From NCBI GenBank assembly GCA_018333525.1, contig JAGXTF010000076.1, positions 57,424 through 121,423 of the forward strand: a DNA stretch of 64,000 nt, read 5' to 3'. The notes below the pieces were generated by a model. That model ran no database searches, was not told the DNA's origin, and saw only the letters and a list, made by a program, of their open reading frames with translations. This DNA comes from Bacteroidota bacterium. Its GTDB lineage: Bacteria; Bacteroidota; Bacteroidia; NS11-12g; UBA955. The position numbers were made by a program, and so were the translations under genes. Position 1 is the first letter of the stretch; every line of letters starts with the position of its first letter. Positions 1 to 9,203 of the stretch are shown here, piece by piece.

Positions 1-3000
1 AATTTAATTACAGCAGCTCCAGAATCTAATACAACAATTGAGTTCTACGATTATACCAAACAATTATTGGTAAAAACCACCAGTAATGAATTGGGTATGG
101 CCGAGGTACAATTGCCTGCACGTCCCTTTTTACTTGTTGCTAAAAAAGGGAAACAAAGAGGTTATCTAAAACTAACTCCGAACCTTAGCAAAAGCATGAG
201 CAGGTTTGATGTGGATGGAGAAATAACCAGAAAGGGATTGAAGGGATTTATTTATGGTGAGAGAGGGGTTTGGCGACCTGGAGATAGTATTTATCTCACA
301 TTTATTTTGGATCAGGGAACATCCAATTTACCCAAATACCATCCATTCATCCTGGAATTCCGAGATCCTTCAGGACAGTTGCTGGAGAAGAAAACGCTAA
401 AACTTGGTGACGGAGATATAGCCGCTATTCCCCTGGTTACAGGAAATGCAGCACCAACCGGAAATTATGAAGTCAGAATTCAATTAGGTAACCTTATGGT
501 TACAAAAAATATTGACATAGAAACTGTAAAGCCAAATCATTTGAAAATCCAAATGAATTTTCCTGAAAACGGATTGCAAGTATCTGAAAATAAAAAAACG
601 GAAATGCAGGTAAAATGGCTGCATGGCGCAGAAGCCCCCAACCTGCAGGCTCAGGTTGAACTTGTATTGAAACCCAAAAGGAATGCGTTTGAAAAATTTA
701 AAGATTACATTTTTGAATCTCCGCTGCGCAAAAACTTCCAATATCGCGGAACTGCATTTTCCGGTTATTTGAATGAACACGGAAAAACTGAAATCATTAC
801 TGAATATACGAATTTCAAAGATGCTCCCGGAGTAATGCAAGCTTCATTTATTTCTAAAGTCACTGAAAAAAGTGGCAATGTAAATATGGATAAAAGTGAA
901 AGTTTGCTGTATCCGTTTAAAAAATATTTTGGTCTGTATGTGCCGTCCAATCAGGATAACAACATGCTGGAATCCGGTAAAAAAGCCAAGTTTGAATTGG
1001 TATGCATCGATGATAAATCCAATAAAATTGCTGCAAAAAATATAAAAATACGCATATTTAAAATTGACTGGAAATGGTGGTATGATCAAAGTGAAGACCA
1101 TGAATCCAATTATTTATCCAGACCGGCAACCTATCAGTATTTTGATACATTGGTTCAGGCTGTAAATGGAAGTGCAAGTTTTATGTTCGGTATACCTGCC
1201 AATCAATGGGGTCGCTTTCTGGTATTGGTAAGTGATGAAAGTGGCGAGCATGAAACCGGGAGCATAATTATGTATGACTATCCTTATTGGGGAAGACAGA
1301 ATAATTTAGAAAATGATGCAGCTACTTTACTCGCATTATCCACTGATAAATCCAAATACAAAACAGGAGAAGAAATTAAACTTACATTTCCCAGTAAGGC
1401 AGGTGGAAGGGCGTTGATTAGTTTGGAGACCAGTAAAAAAGTAGTACAAAAATTCTGGATAAATACAATGGACAGGGAAACGCATTGTAGTATACGTGCA
1501 GGGCTGGAAATGAGTCCAAACACATATATACACGTGAGTTTGATTCAACCCCATCTGCAAACGATTCACGATTTACCCATTCGGATGTACGGTGTAATTC
1601 CTGTAGAAATATTTGATCCGGCAACAAAAATTCAACCGGTAATTATTTCCGCAAACGAATTTAAACCGGATAAAGAAGCGAGGGTTTCCGTTTCTGAAAT
1701 TTCAGGAAAAGCCATGTATTATACCTTGGCAATTGTGGATGACGGTTTGCTGGATCTCACCCATTTTAAGACTCCGGATCCGCATTCCAGATTTTTTGCA
1801 AAGGAAGCACTGGGTGTTAAAACCTGGGATTTATATGACGCCGTAATAGGTGCGCATAGTGGGAAGATGGACAAACTTTTGAGCATTGGAGGGGATGGTT
1901 CTTATGATGAAGAAAATGGATCCAAAGCCCAGCGTTTTAAACCCATGGTGCGGTTTATCGGTCCATTTTATTTACCCGCAGGACAGCGAAAAGAACATAA
2001 AATTAAAATTCCTAATTATATAGGTTCAGTGCGTGTAATGGTGGTTGCAAAAGGGAATCATGCTTATGGGAATTGCGAAAAAACTGTTTTGGTAAAGCAA
2101 GAATTGATGGTTTTGGCAAATTTACCAAGGGTATTGGGTCCAAATGAAACATTGAAAATTCCAATTACAGTTTTTGCAATGGATAAATCCATTACCAACG
2201 CTACAGTAAAGTTTCAGGTTAGCGGAGAAGCTCAGGTCACCGGTGGTAATAGTGCAGAAATATTGTTCAAACAGCCTGGTGAAGAGATGGTTTATTTTGA
2301 TTTAAAAACCAATAAAGCAATTGGAATTTTGAAATTTCGGGTGGACGTACAGGCAGGAAAATTTCATTCATTTGAATCTCAGGAGGTGGAAATAAGATGT
2401 CCCAATCCACTGGAATCGCGCAACCATGATTTCGTATTAAAACCGGGAGAGTCAGCTGAATTACCTGCAAACTGGTTTGGTGTGAAAGGAAGTAATTCTA
2501 TGTCTGTTCAGCTTTCAAGTTTACCGGTTTATGGTTTGCAAAGCAGATTGGAATATTTGATTGAATATCCACACGGGTGTATTGAACAGACCACATCTGC
2601 AGTATTTGCACAATTATATTTAAATAAAATAATGAATTTAAACAAAGACGAAAGTCAGGCTATACAAACCAATATTCTGGCGGCATTAAAAAGATACAGA
2701 TCTTTTCAAACTTCCGATGGCGGATTTGCATATTGGCCGGGTGAAAATGAGAGCAATGCATGGGGATCTAATTACGCAGGGAATTTTTTATTGGAAGCAG
2801 AGAAATATGGATATGCAATTCCTCCATATATGAAAGATAAATGGATACAATACCAGCAAAATATTGCCAAAAACTGGAGCAGAAAAGATTACGCATATTA
2901 TTATTTCCGTGCCGATGAAGGAAATTGTCAAACCCAGGCTTACCGCCTGTATTTGTTGGCATTGGCGGGAAAACCGGAAATGGGCGCCATGAATAATTTG

Positions 3001-3945
3001 CGTGAAGAAAGTAATATTGGTATTGCCAGTACCTGGCAACTCGCATCCGCATATGCATTATGTGGTAAATCAGAAGTAAGTAAATCCCTGGTTGCCAATT
3101 TGAGTTGGAATGTTCCCAAATACAACGAATTGGGATACACTTTTGGAAGTGATTTGAGAGACAAAGCGATGATTTTGGAATGCATGGCGAATATGAACAG
3201 ACAAGCCGGTTCGCAAGGGTTATTTGATTATGTTGTTGGGGAAATAAATTCTTCTTCTCAGCGTTCTACCCAGGAAGCTGCAACCTGTCTGAAAGCGATA
3301 TGCACCTGGGCAGGTGTCAATGACAAACAAATGCAGGTTTCATTAACAGAATCCGGCGGAAAAGTTTGGAATACCGGAGGTTCAAAATCATTTACGCGAT
3401 TTGTATTTCCGGAAAAACAATTAGGAAATAATAACAAAATCATGGTAAAAAACAATGGAAGTACTTTGGTATATCTCAGGCAGATTCTCAGAGGTAGTGC
3501 ATTAGAAAACAATGAACTGGCGGAACAAAAAGGATTGAATATGAGCTGGTATTTTACGGATGATAATGGTGCAGTATTGAATGAATCGAAAATTGCCCTG
3601 GGCCAGGACTTTGTAGCGAATGTACAATTGATCAATACAGGAAATAAAGTTTATCAGGAAATGGCATTAAAAGAAATATTTCCATCCGGTTGGGAAATTA
3701 TGGATTCCAGATTGTTTGGTGGAACAGATTATCCTGCGCGATATGCCAACATGCGGGATGACAGGGTGTACTTTTATTTTGATTTGAATCCCAATGAAAG
3801 TAAAACATTTAAAATACGATTGCACGCATCTTTTGAAGGAGAATTTTACCTTCCATCTCCACAGGCAGAAGCCATGTACGATGAAGGCATTCATTGCAGA
3901 GCTATCGGAAAAAAGATAAAAATTGTGAAAGCGTCGGGTGTATAA
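1..3945 (+). CDS. Alpha-2-macroglobulin family protein, 5'-truncated at the window edge; thioester-containing bacterial A2M (YfhM-like).
   Basis: Frame 1 is open from nt 1 with no stop before the listed TTG at 67, so the gene starts upstream of the window. The CxEQ thioester motif is present as 'EYPHGCIEQTTSAVFAQLYL'. Size (>1292 aa) and composition are A2M/MG-domain-like, and a PBP1C gene lies nearby as in the known yfhM-pbpC linkage. Confidence 0.85.
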   Translation, partial: NLITAAPESNTTIEFYDYTKQLLVKTTSNELGMAEVQLPARPFLLVAKKGKQRGYLKLTPNLSKSMSRFDVDGEITRKGLKGFIYGERGVWRPGDSIYLTFILDQGTSNLPKYHPFILEFRDPSGQLLEKKTLKLGDGDIAAIPLVTGNAAPTGNYEVRIQLGNLMVTKNIDIETVKPNHLKIQMNFPENGLQVSENKKTEMQVKWLHGAEAPNLQAQVELVLKPKRNAFEKFKDYIFESPLRKNFQYRGTAFSGYLNEHGKTEIITEYTNFKDAPGVMQASFISKVTEKSGNVNMDKSESLLYPFKKYFGLYVPSNQDNNMLESGKKAKFELVCIDDKSNKIAAKNIKIRIFKIDWKWWYDQSEDHESNYLSRPATYQYFDTLVQAVNGSASFMFGIPANQWGRFLVLVSDESGEHETGSIIMYDYPYWGRQNNLENDAATLLALSTDKSKYKTGEEIKLTFPSKAGGRALISLETSKKVVQKFWINTMDRETHCSIRAGLEMSPNTYIHVSLIQPHLQTIHDLPIRMYGVIPVEIFDPATKIQPVIISANEFKPDKEARVSVSEISGKAMYYTLAIVDDGLLDLTHFKTPDPHSRFFAKEALGVKTWDLYDAVIGAHSGKMDKLLSIGGDGSYDEENGSKAQRFKPMVRFIGPFYLPAGQRKEHKIKIPNYIGSVRVMVVAKGNHAYGNCEKTVLVKQELMVLANLPRVLGPNETLKIPITVFAMDKSITNATVKFQVSGEAQVTGGNSAEILFKQPGEEMVYFDLKTNKAIGILKFRVDVQAGKFHSFESQEVEIRCPNPLESRNHDFVLKPGESAELPANWFGVKGSNSMSVQLSSLPVYGLQSRLEYLIEYPHGCIEQTTSAVFAQLYLNKIMNLNKDESQAIQTNILAALKRYRSFQTSDGGFAYWPGENESNAWGSNYAGNFLLEAEKYGYAIPPYMKDKWIQYQQNIAKNWSRKDYAYYYFRADEGNCQTQAYRLYLLALAGKPEMGAMNNLREESNIGIASTWQLASAYALCGKSEVSKSLVANLSWNVPKYNELGYTFGSDLRDKAMILECMANMNRQAGSQGLFDYVVGEINSSSQRSTQEAATCLKAICTWAGVNDKQMQVSLTESGGKVWNTGGSKSFTRFVFPEKQLGNNNKIMVKNNGSTLVYLRQILRGSALENNELAEQKGLNMSWYFTDDNGAVLNESKIALGQDFVANVQLINTGNKVYQEMALKEIFPSGWEIMDSRLFGGTDYPARYANMRDDRVYFYFDLNPNESKTFKIRLHASFEGEFYLPSPQAEAMYDEGIHCRAIGKKIKIVKASGV

Positions 3946-3983
3946 TTAGGTTATTGGTGTTTTTGTTTTGTTTTTTTACTTCC

Positions 3984-4013
3984 AAAAAAAGCCTCCGAAT
4001 GGAGGCTTTTTTT
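3984..4013. terminator. Bidirectional rho-independent terminator hairpin between two convergent genes.
   Basis: Sequence is aaaaaaa-GCCTCC-gaat-GGAGGC-ttttttt. A 6-bp GC stem with a 4-nt loop is flanked by an A7 tract on one side and a T7 tract on the other. It can terminate both the + strand A2M gene and the - strand gene ending at 4017. Confidence 0.6.
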
Positions 4014-4016
4014 GTG

Positions 4017-5117
4017 CTAATTGTATATGAGAATTTGAAATAAATCTTGCTCATTTAGGTTTGGATATAACAATTGAAGATAAGTAAGCATATTTTCCTG
4101 AGTTGTGCAACTCCTTACAAATTCTCTATACTTTGAAATACCAAAGTCACGTTTTACCTTATCCAACACCAAAGCAGCTACAACATAATGCCCTCTCATA
4201 GATCCAAAATCCATATTGTTAAATTTCCAAAAAGCCTCAAATGTTTGAATTGAATTTGTCTGCAATGTATTTCTAACTTTTTGGCTCAATTCTTTATAAC
4301 CTGACTTTCCAGTACCGCCATAATACGTGGCCAATCCTTCAGCTATGAAATTACAGGTTTTGAGGTAGATAGCAAAATGTAACAATTCATGTACATGAAA
4401 AGGTTGTGAAATACCGGATAAGACTATCCGGTTATAAGGATCAGCCATTCCACCATAAAAAGCATAAATATTAAAATAATTGGATTGTGCCAATGTACCA
4501 ATATATCTATCCACATCTGGAAAGCTAAAACTTGAAAATGAAACTATTTGTTGATTATAAAATGAATCCAAACTTAGATCTAAATCTTTCATTGCAAATT
4601 TTATTCTTGAATAACCTTTTTTCAATCCTTTCTCATTAATTCTAAAATATGAAGGATGATAAATTAATATATTTTTGTACTTTCTAGATTCCCATTGATA
4701 ATAGTTCACATCTGAAAAGTCGGAAATCTTAAGTGATTTCATATTAAACAATACCGAATATTGCATCCAGTCCAAGTCCAGCTGAAATGCATATTGAGAA
4801 TCGGTGTACTTTTGTTTCCCAATTAAATTATAATTAAAGGCCATATGAAATGGGATATCTACTCCTTGAATAAAATTGAAAGAGATTAATGGATGTTTCC
4901 TATCCTTGCATATATTACAATCTGAAAAATATATCGCACTGTCTGTTCCATATGAAGACATTAATCCATACCAACATTTGTCAAATTTCAAAACAGTTGA
5001 ATCAATCTCAAGTGAATCCCGAACATTAATTATTTTTAGACCGTAGTTCTGACCGTTTGCTTTTTGCAGAAAAATTAAGAAAAAGGTAATAATTGTTGCG
5101 AATCTCCCGAATTTCAT
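4017..5117 (-). CDS. Secreted hypothetical protein with an HExxH motif; putative zinc metallopeptidase.
   Basis: N-terminal signal peptide 'MKFGRFATIITFFLIFLQKANGQ'. Single HExxH in 'FHVHELLHFAIYL', with a downstream Glu in 'IAEGLATYYGG'. No family could be assigned by eye. Confidence 0.45.
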   Translation of the reverse strand: MKFGRFATIITFFLIFLQKANGQNYGLKIINVRDSLEIDSTVLKFDKCWYGLMSSYGTDSAIYFSDCNICKDRKHPLISFNFIQGVDIPFHMAFNYNLIGKQKYTDSQYAFQLDLDWMQYSVLFNMKSLKISDFSDVNYYQWESRKYKNILIYHPSYFRINEKGLKKGYSRIKFAMKDLDLSLDSFYNQQIVSFSSFSFPDVDRYIGTLAQSNYFNIYAFYGGMADPYNRIVLSGISQPFHVHELLHFAIYLKTCNFIAEGLATYYGGTGKSGYKELSQKVRNTLQTNSIQTFEAFWKFNNMDFGSMRGHYVVAALVLDKVKRDFGISKYREFVRSCTTQENMLTYLQLLYPNLNEQDLFQILIYN

Positions 5118-5254
5118 AATAATACGAATATAACATATTCTATTGTTGATTAATTAAGTCATATTGATTGAAGAAACTTTACAATGGTTATTTGTCGTTG
5201 GTGGTCCTGCGCTACGCCTGCAGGACATGAGCACCAACGACGGGTTTCGCGGTA

Positions 5255-5995
5255 TTAAAGTGCTTCCAGCATTTTTACAACCTCAGCGCGGCGCCGGGTG
5301 CTTACAGGAATGGTTGTATTGTCTTTCATCAATAAATGTCCACCATCTGTTTTTACAAATTCCGTTATGAATTTTGTATTTACCAAATGGCTTTGGTGTA
5401 CCCTGAAAAATCCCAAAGGAGTTAATATATCTTCATATTCCTTCAGGGTTTTGGTTACCAGTAATTTTTTATTATTTGTAAAAAAGAATTCGGTGTAATT
5501 CACACTGCTTTCGCACCGGATGATTTCATCAATATTTACGATATGAATTTTATCCAGAGTGTTCAGTGCCAGGCGTGTTTGTGGCTTATTCCCGGATTTT
5601 AATGTTTCATTTAGAAAATTATACTTGCTGCTTTCATTTTTTTTCTGATTTCTGGCCTTATCCAATGCCTGAACCAATTCATCCGGATCTACCGGTTTCA
5701 TCAGATAATCGATAGCTGCATAACGAAATGCCTTGATTGCATGGGCATCATAGGCTGTAATAAATATAATGCGAAATGGGATTTGGGGTAGAATATCCAA
5801 CAAATCAAAACCGCTTCCATCCTGCATTTGAATATCCAGAAAAACAATATCAGGACTGGTATTTCGAAGTAACCTCGCTCCTTCCACCACACCAGATGCC
5901 TCTCCTATTATTTCAATATCCGGTGCATAGGTTTCCAAATCCTTTTTCAGTGTATTTCTCGCTTGTTCCAGATCGTCAATTAAGATGGCTTTCAT
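5255..5995 (-). CDS. Two-component response regulator, LytTR family (REC + LytTR DNA-binding domain).
   Basis: REC domain 'MKAILIDDLEQ...FLDIQMQDGSGFDLL'. C-terminal LytTR domain 'IHIVNIDEIIRCESSVNYTEFFF...FFRVHQSHLVN'. Its start overlaps the stop of the upstream kinase gene. Confidence 0.85.
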   Translation of the reverse strand: MKAILIDDLEQARNTLKKDLETYAPDIEIIGEASGVVEGARLLRNTSPDIVFLDIQMQDGSGFDLLDILPQIPFRIIFITAYDAHAIKAFRYAAIDYLMKPVDPDELVQALDKARNQKKNESSKYNFLNETLKSGNKPQTRLALNTLDKIHIVNIDEIIRCESSVNYTEFFFTNNKKLLVTKTLKEYEDILTPLGFFRVHQSHLVNTKFITEFVKTDGGHLLMKDNTTIPVSTRRRAEVVKMLEAL

Positions 5996-5996
5996 T

Positions 5997-8900
5997 TTAA
6001 CTAATTGGTATTTCTATTGTAATTTTTGTTCCACAGGGAATCCCCTGTTTGCTGTATAAATCCTGTATATCTATTTTGGGTTCTGCATTACCGGGATCCA
6101 TCAACATCAGCCTTTCGCGAATCACCTTCAGTGCCGTACTTTCATGGTAACTCTCTCCTTCGCTGTCTGCCCGCTCCTGCGCGATCTCTCGTCCCACTCC
6201 ATTGTCTGAAATGGTACATATGAGTTTGTGTTCTAATTCCCTGAATTCTATCAGAATATTTCCACGTCTTTGTTGAAGGTTTTTAAACCCGTGTTTGATG
6301 GAATTCTCCACAAAAGGCTGTAATAACATGGGCGGTATTTTGATGAAATCCATATCCATATTTGGATCCGTATTTATCTCATAATCAAAGGTGTCACCGC
6401 TGCTGAATTTCTCCACCAACAAATAGTTTTCCAATGTTTCCACTTCTTCTTTCAGCGAAATATATTGCTTTCTGGAATTGTCCAGAATCTGTCGCATCAA
6501 CCTACCGAATTTCGCCAGATAATAACGAGCGCGCTGTTCATTTTGCTCTCCAATTTGAGACTGTATGCTATTGAGCGCGTTAAAAATAAAATGCGGATTC
6601 ATTTGCAATCGCAATGCCTGATGTTCCAAATCCGAAACTTTTTTGTCCAAAATAAGTCTGGTTTCCGCTTCGCGGGCTTTCTTGCGAAGTGTATTGAATC
6701 GGGCACGAAAAACAATCCAAATAATAAAAGCTAAAATGGTAATTATCATTGTCCGAAACCACCAGGTTTGCCAAAATGGTGCATGTATGGAAACAGGGAT
6801 GGAAAGTGGTGTCTGGTTCCAAACCCCATCGCTGTTTCTCGCTTTTACCAAAAACACATAATCTCCTGGAGGAATGTTAGAATAGGTAACATAATTCTGT
6901 CTGCTTTCCGGCGACCATTGTGGATCGAAACCCTGCAGCTTCCATTGGTATGCTACATTTCCCGGATTGGAAAAAGAAATTGCCCTGAGGTCAAAAGTGA
7001 TGTGATTCTGATCATGAGGCAAATCCAGAAGTTTAACTTCTCCCCAGTTAGATATAGAACTGTGAAAGGTGGTTTGCGAAATGTTTTTATAAAATAAGCG
7101 TATACCGGATAAACCCAATGCAGGTGCTATCGGGTTTTTCGTAAATGCCGCCGGATTGCATGAAGTAAGTCCGTTCACTGTTCCGAACCATATATTCCCG
7201 TTGACATCTTCTGCAACCGCATTCTGGCAGGTTTCAATTCCTAAAAATCCCTCACTTTTACCATAATGTTTAACAGAAATCCATTTGCGATTTTTATCCA
7301 GTTCTATGTAATCTAAACCTGATTCCGAGCCCAAAAAAACATTTCCTTTTGTATCGAAGGCAATGAGATACATATTTTGGGAAGTCAATTGTTTATTGCG
7401 CTCCCTGAATGCCGATATCTGGGGAATTTCACCCGGTTTCCAGCAATATACTCCTTCACCCGCAGTACCCGCCCATAAATAACCCAAACGGTCCATCACC
7501 AGTGATCTTAATGGAATATTTTTTAATACTGCCGAAGTTGAATGATGTTTTAATTCTCCTTTTTCAAATATACCTACCCCATTACTTTCAGTAGCATACC
7601 AAATATTTCCGGAACCGTCTTCACAAACAGAAACCAATCGGTTACTCAAAATACCTTCAGCCTCAGTGTAATGACTCATCACCAAATTTTCCGGATCCTT
7701 CTCTCCTTTTTCCAAATGGTACAATCCAAGGCCTGCCGTTGCCACCCAAATGCTTCCATCCTGTGAAAGACACATTCCGCGAACGAATGCATTTCTCAAT
7801 AATTTTATTTTTTGTATATGAAAACTATCGCTCCTGATGAATTTCATTTGATACAATCCATCCCCTTCCGTACCCAGATAATAATTACCCGAACCATCTT
7901 CTAATATGGATTTTACTTTGGTATTGATAAATCCATTCTCTGCACCGAATGTTTTGAATTTCCCGCTATCCAGGAGCGCAATTCCCAAATTTGAGGTACC
8001 TGCCCAAATTCTTTTCTTTTTGTCTGCAAACACGGAATAAATAAAATTCCCGGGCAACCCGCTTTCTCTGTCGTAATGCGTAAATGGCATTCCAAAGTAA
8101 TGACAGACACCACCACCGGAAGTACCAAACCAAAAATTCCCTTCCCGGTCTGAAATGATACAACGCACATGGTTATTGCACAGGCCATCCTTTTCCCTGA
8201 TATTGGTAATTCTTTTTGTTAAAGTATCATACCTGTAAATTCCCTGACTCAGGGTTCCAAACCAAAATTCTCCTTTTTTATCTTGATAAATTTCATACAC
8301 TTCTTTCATTTCAGGGAATTTTCCTGGAAGAAACTGCCTGAATTTATCATTACTCCAATAAAACAATCCATTGCCATAAGTACCAACCCAAATCTTTCCG
8401 GAATGGTCACAATAAATTTTATTGATATATCTACCTGATAAAAATAAATCTTTTTTATTGCCCGATTGCAACCGATAAACACCTTTTGCTGTGCCAAACC
8501 ATATTTTGTCGTTCCGATCTGCCGCTACTGAGTAAACGGCCTCTGAAACGAATGCCAGTTTTTCAAATACTGAAGCTATTTTAACGAATGGTTTCGGAAC
8601 ATGCAATTGAAACAATCCTGTACCTGTTGCTGCATACAAGGTCCCATGCGAATCCAAACATATGTCAAAAACATCCGAGAGGTTTCCGGTATTTCTGAAA
8701 TTTATGAAGCTTTTCCCATTAAAATAACTGATTCCACCACTTGTTGCAATCCACAAATTCCCGTTTTTATCTTCAATTATTTTATATATATAATTATTTA
8801 CCAGGCCTTCTTTGGTGGTGTAATGGGTAAATTCCACACCATCAAAACGGGTTAAACCACCACCCCGGGTTCCCATCCACAAATAGCCACGGCGGTCCTG

Positions 8901-9032
8901 CAACAAACTAAAAACCTGCGATTGCCCAATTCCTTCTTTCACCGAATAGTTGCGCATTTGATATTGTTGCGCATTTAACCGCATGCACCAAATACTCAGA
9001 ATCAGGCAAACATATGTTGCAGTGGTTTTCAA
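5997..9032 (-). CDS. Sensor histidine kinase with a large periplasmic two-component-regulator beta-propeller/Y_Y_Y domain, a TM segment and a LytS/YehU-type kinase core.
   Basis: Signal peptide is present. Repeated propeller motifs include 'LWMGTRGGGLTRFDG', 'IWFGTAKGVYRL' and 'FWFGTSGGGVCHY'. A TM helix 'MIITILAFIIWIVF' follows. The His_kinase motif 'NPHFIFNALNSI' and the HATPase motif 'DNGVGRE' are present. Confidence 0.8.
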   Translation of the reverse strand: MKTTATYVCLILSIWCMRLNAQQYQMRNYSVKEGIGQSQVFSLLQDRRGYLWMGTRGGGLTRFDGVEFTHYTTKEGLVNNYIYKIIEDKNGNLWIATSGGISYFNGKSFINFRNTGNLSDVFDICLDSHGTLYAATGTGLFQLHVPKPFVKIASVFEKLAFVSEAVYSVAADRNDKIWFGTAKGVYRLQSGNKKDLFLSGRYINKIYCDHSGKIWVGTYGNGLFYWSNDKFRQFLPGKFPEMKEVYEIYQDKKGEFWFGTLSQGIYRYDTLTKRITNIREKDGLCNNHVRCIISDREGNFWFGTSGGGVCHYFGMPFTHYDRESGLPGNFIYSVFADKKKRIWAGTSNLGIALLDSGKFKTFGAENGFINTKVKSILEDGSGNYYLGTEGDGLYQMKFIRSDSFHIQKIKLLRNAFVRGMCLSQDGSIWVATAGLGLYHLEKGEKDPENLVMSHYTEAEGILSNRLVSVCEDGSGNIWYATESNGVGIFEKGELKHHSTSAVLKNIPLRSLVMDRLGYLWAGTAGEGVYCWKPGEIPQISAFRERNKQLTSQNMYLIAFDTKGNVFLGSESGLDYIELDKNRKWISVKHYGKSEGFLGIETCQNAVAEDVNGNIWFGTVNGLTSCNPAAFTKNPIAPALGLSGIRLFYKNISQTTFHSSISNWGEVKLLDLPHDQNHITFDLRAISFSNPGNVAYQWKLQGFDPQWSPESRQNYVTYSNIPPGDYVFLVKARNSDGVWNQTPLSIPVSIHAPFWQTWWFRTMIITILAFIIWIVFRARFNTLRKKAREAETRLILDKKVSDLEHQALRLQMNPHFIFNALNSIQSQIGEQNEQRARYYLAKFGRLMRQILDNSRKQYISLKEEVETLENYLLVEKFSSGDTFDYEINTDPNMDMDFIKIPPMLLQPFVENSIKHGFKNLQQRRGNILIEFRELEHKLICTISDNGVGREIAQERADSEGESYHESTALKVIRERLMLMDPGNAEPKIDIQDLYSKQGIPCGTKITIEIPIS

Positions 9033-9203
9033 TTATTCAAACCTAAAGCATTTTTGATGAATCCAAAAACCCGGGAATTGATGAAAAAAGACACAGTAAA
9101 ACCAAATGTGCACTTATCTGATTTACGCTAACAATTAATGGATGGTTAGCCTCGTTTAATCATTTAAAAATATTTCCAATTAATTCCGGAGCAACTTAGA
9201 GCC

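Noticed and set aside
484-3894. Numerous 60-130-aa ORFs antisense to the A2M gene (for example 484..840 -, 2768..3058 -, 3258..3635 -).
   Set aside because: They are embedded antisense in a long gene whose product has clear A2M features and are typical AT-rich spurious ORFs. The same reasoning excludes the short antisense/overlapping ORFs inside cphA, the histidine kinase, ccmF, the permease and others.
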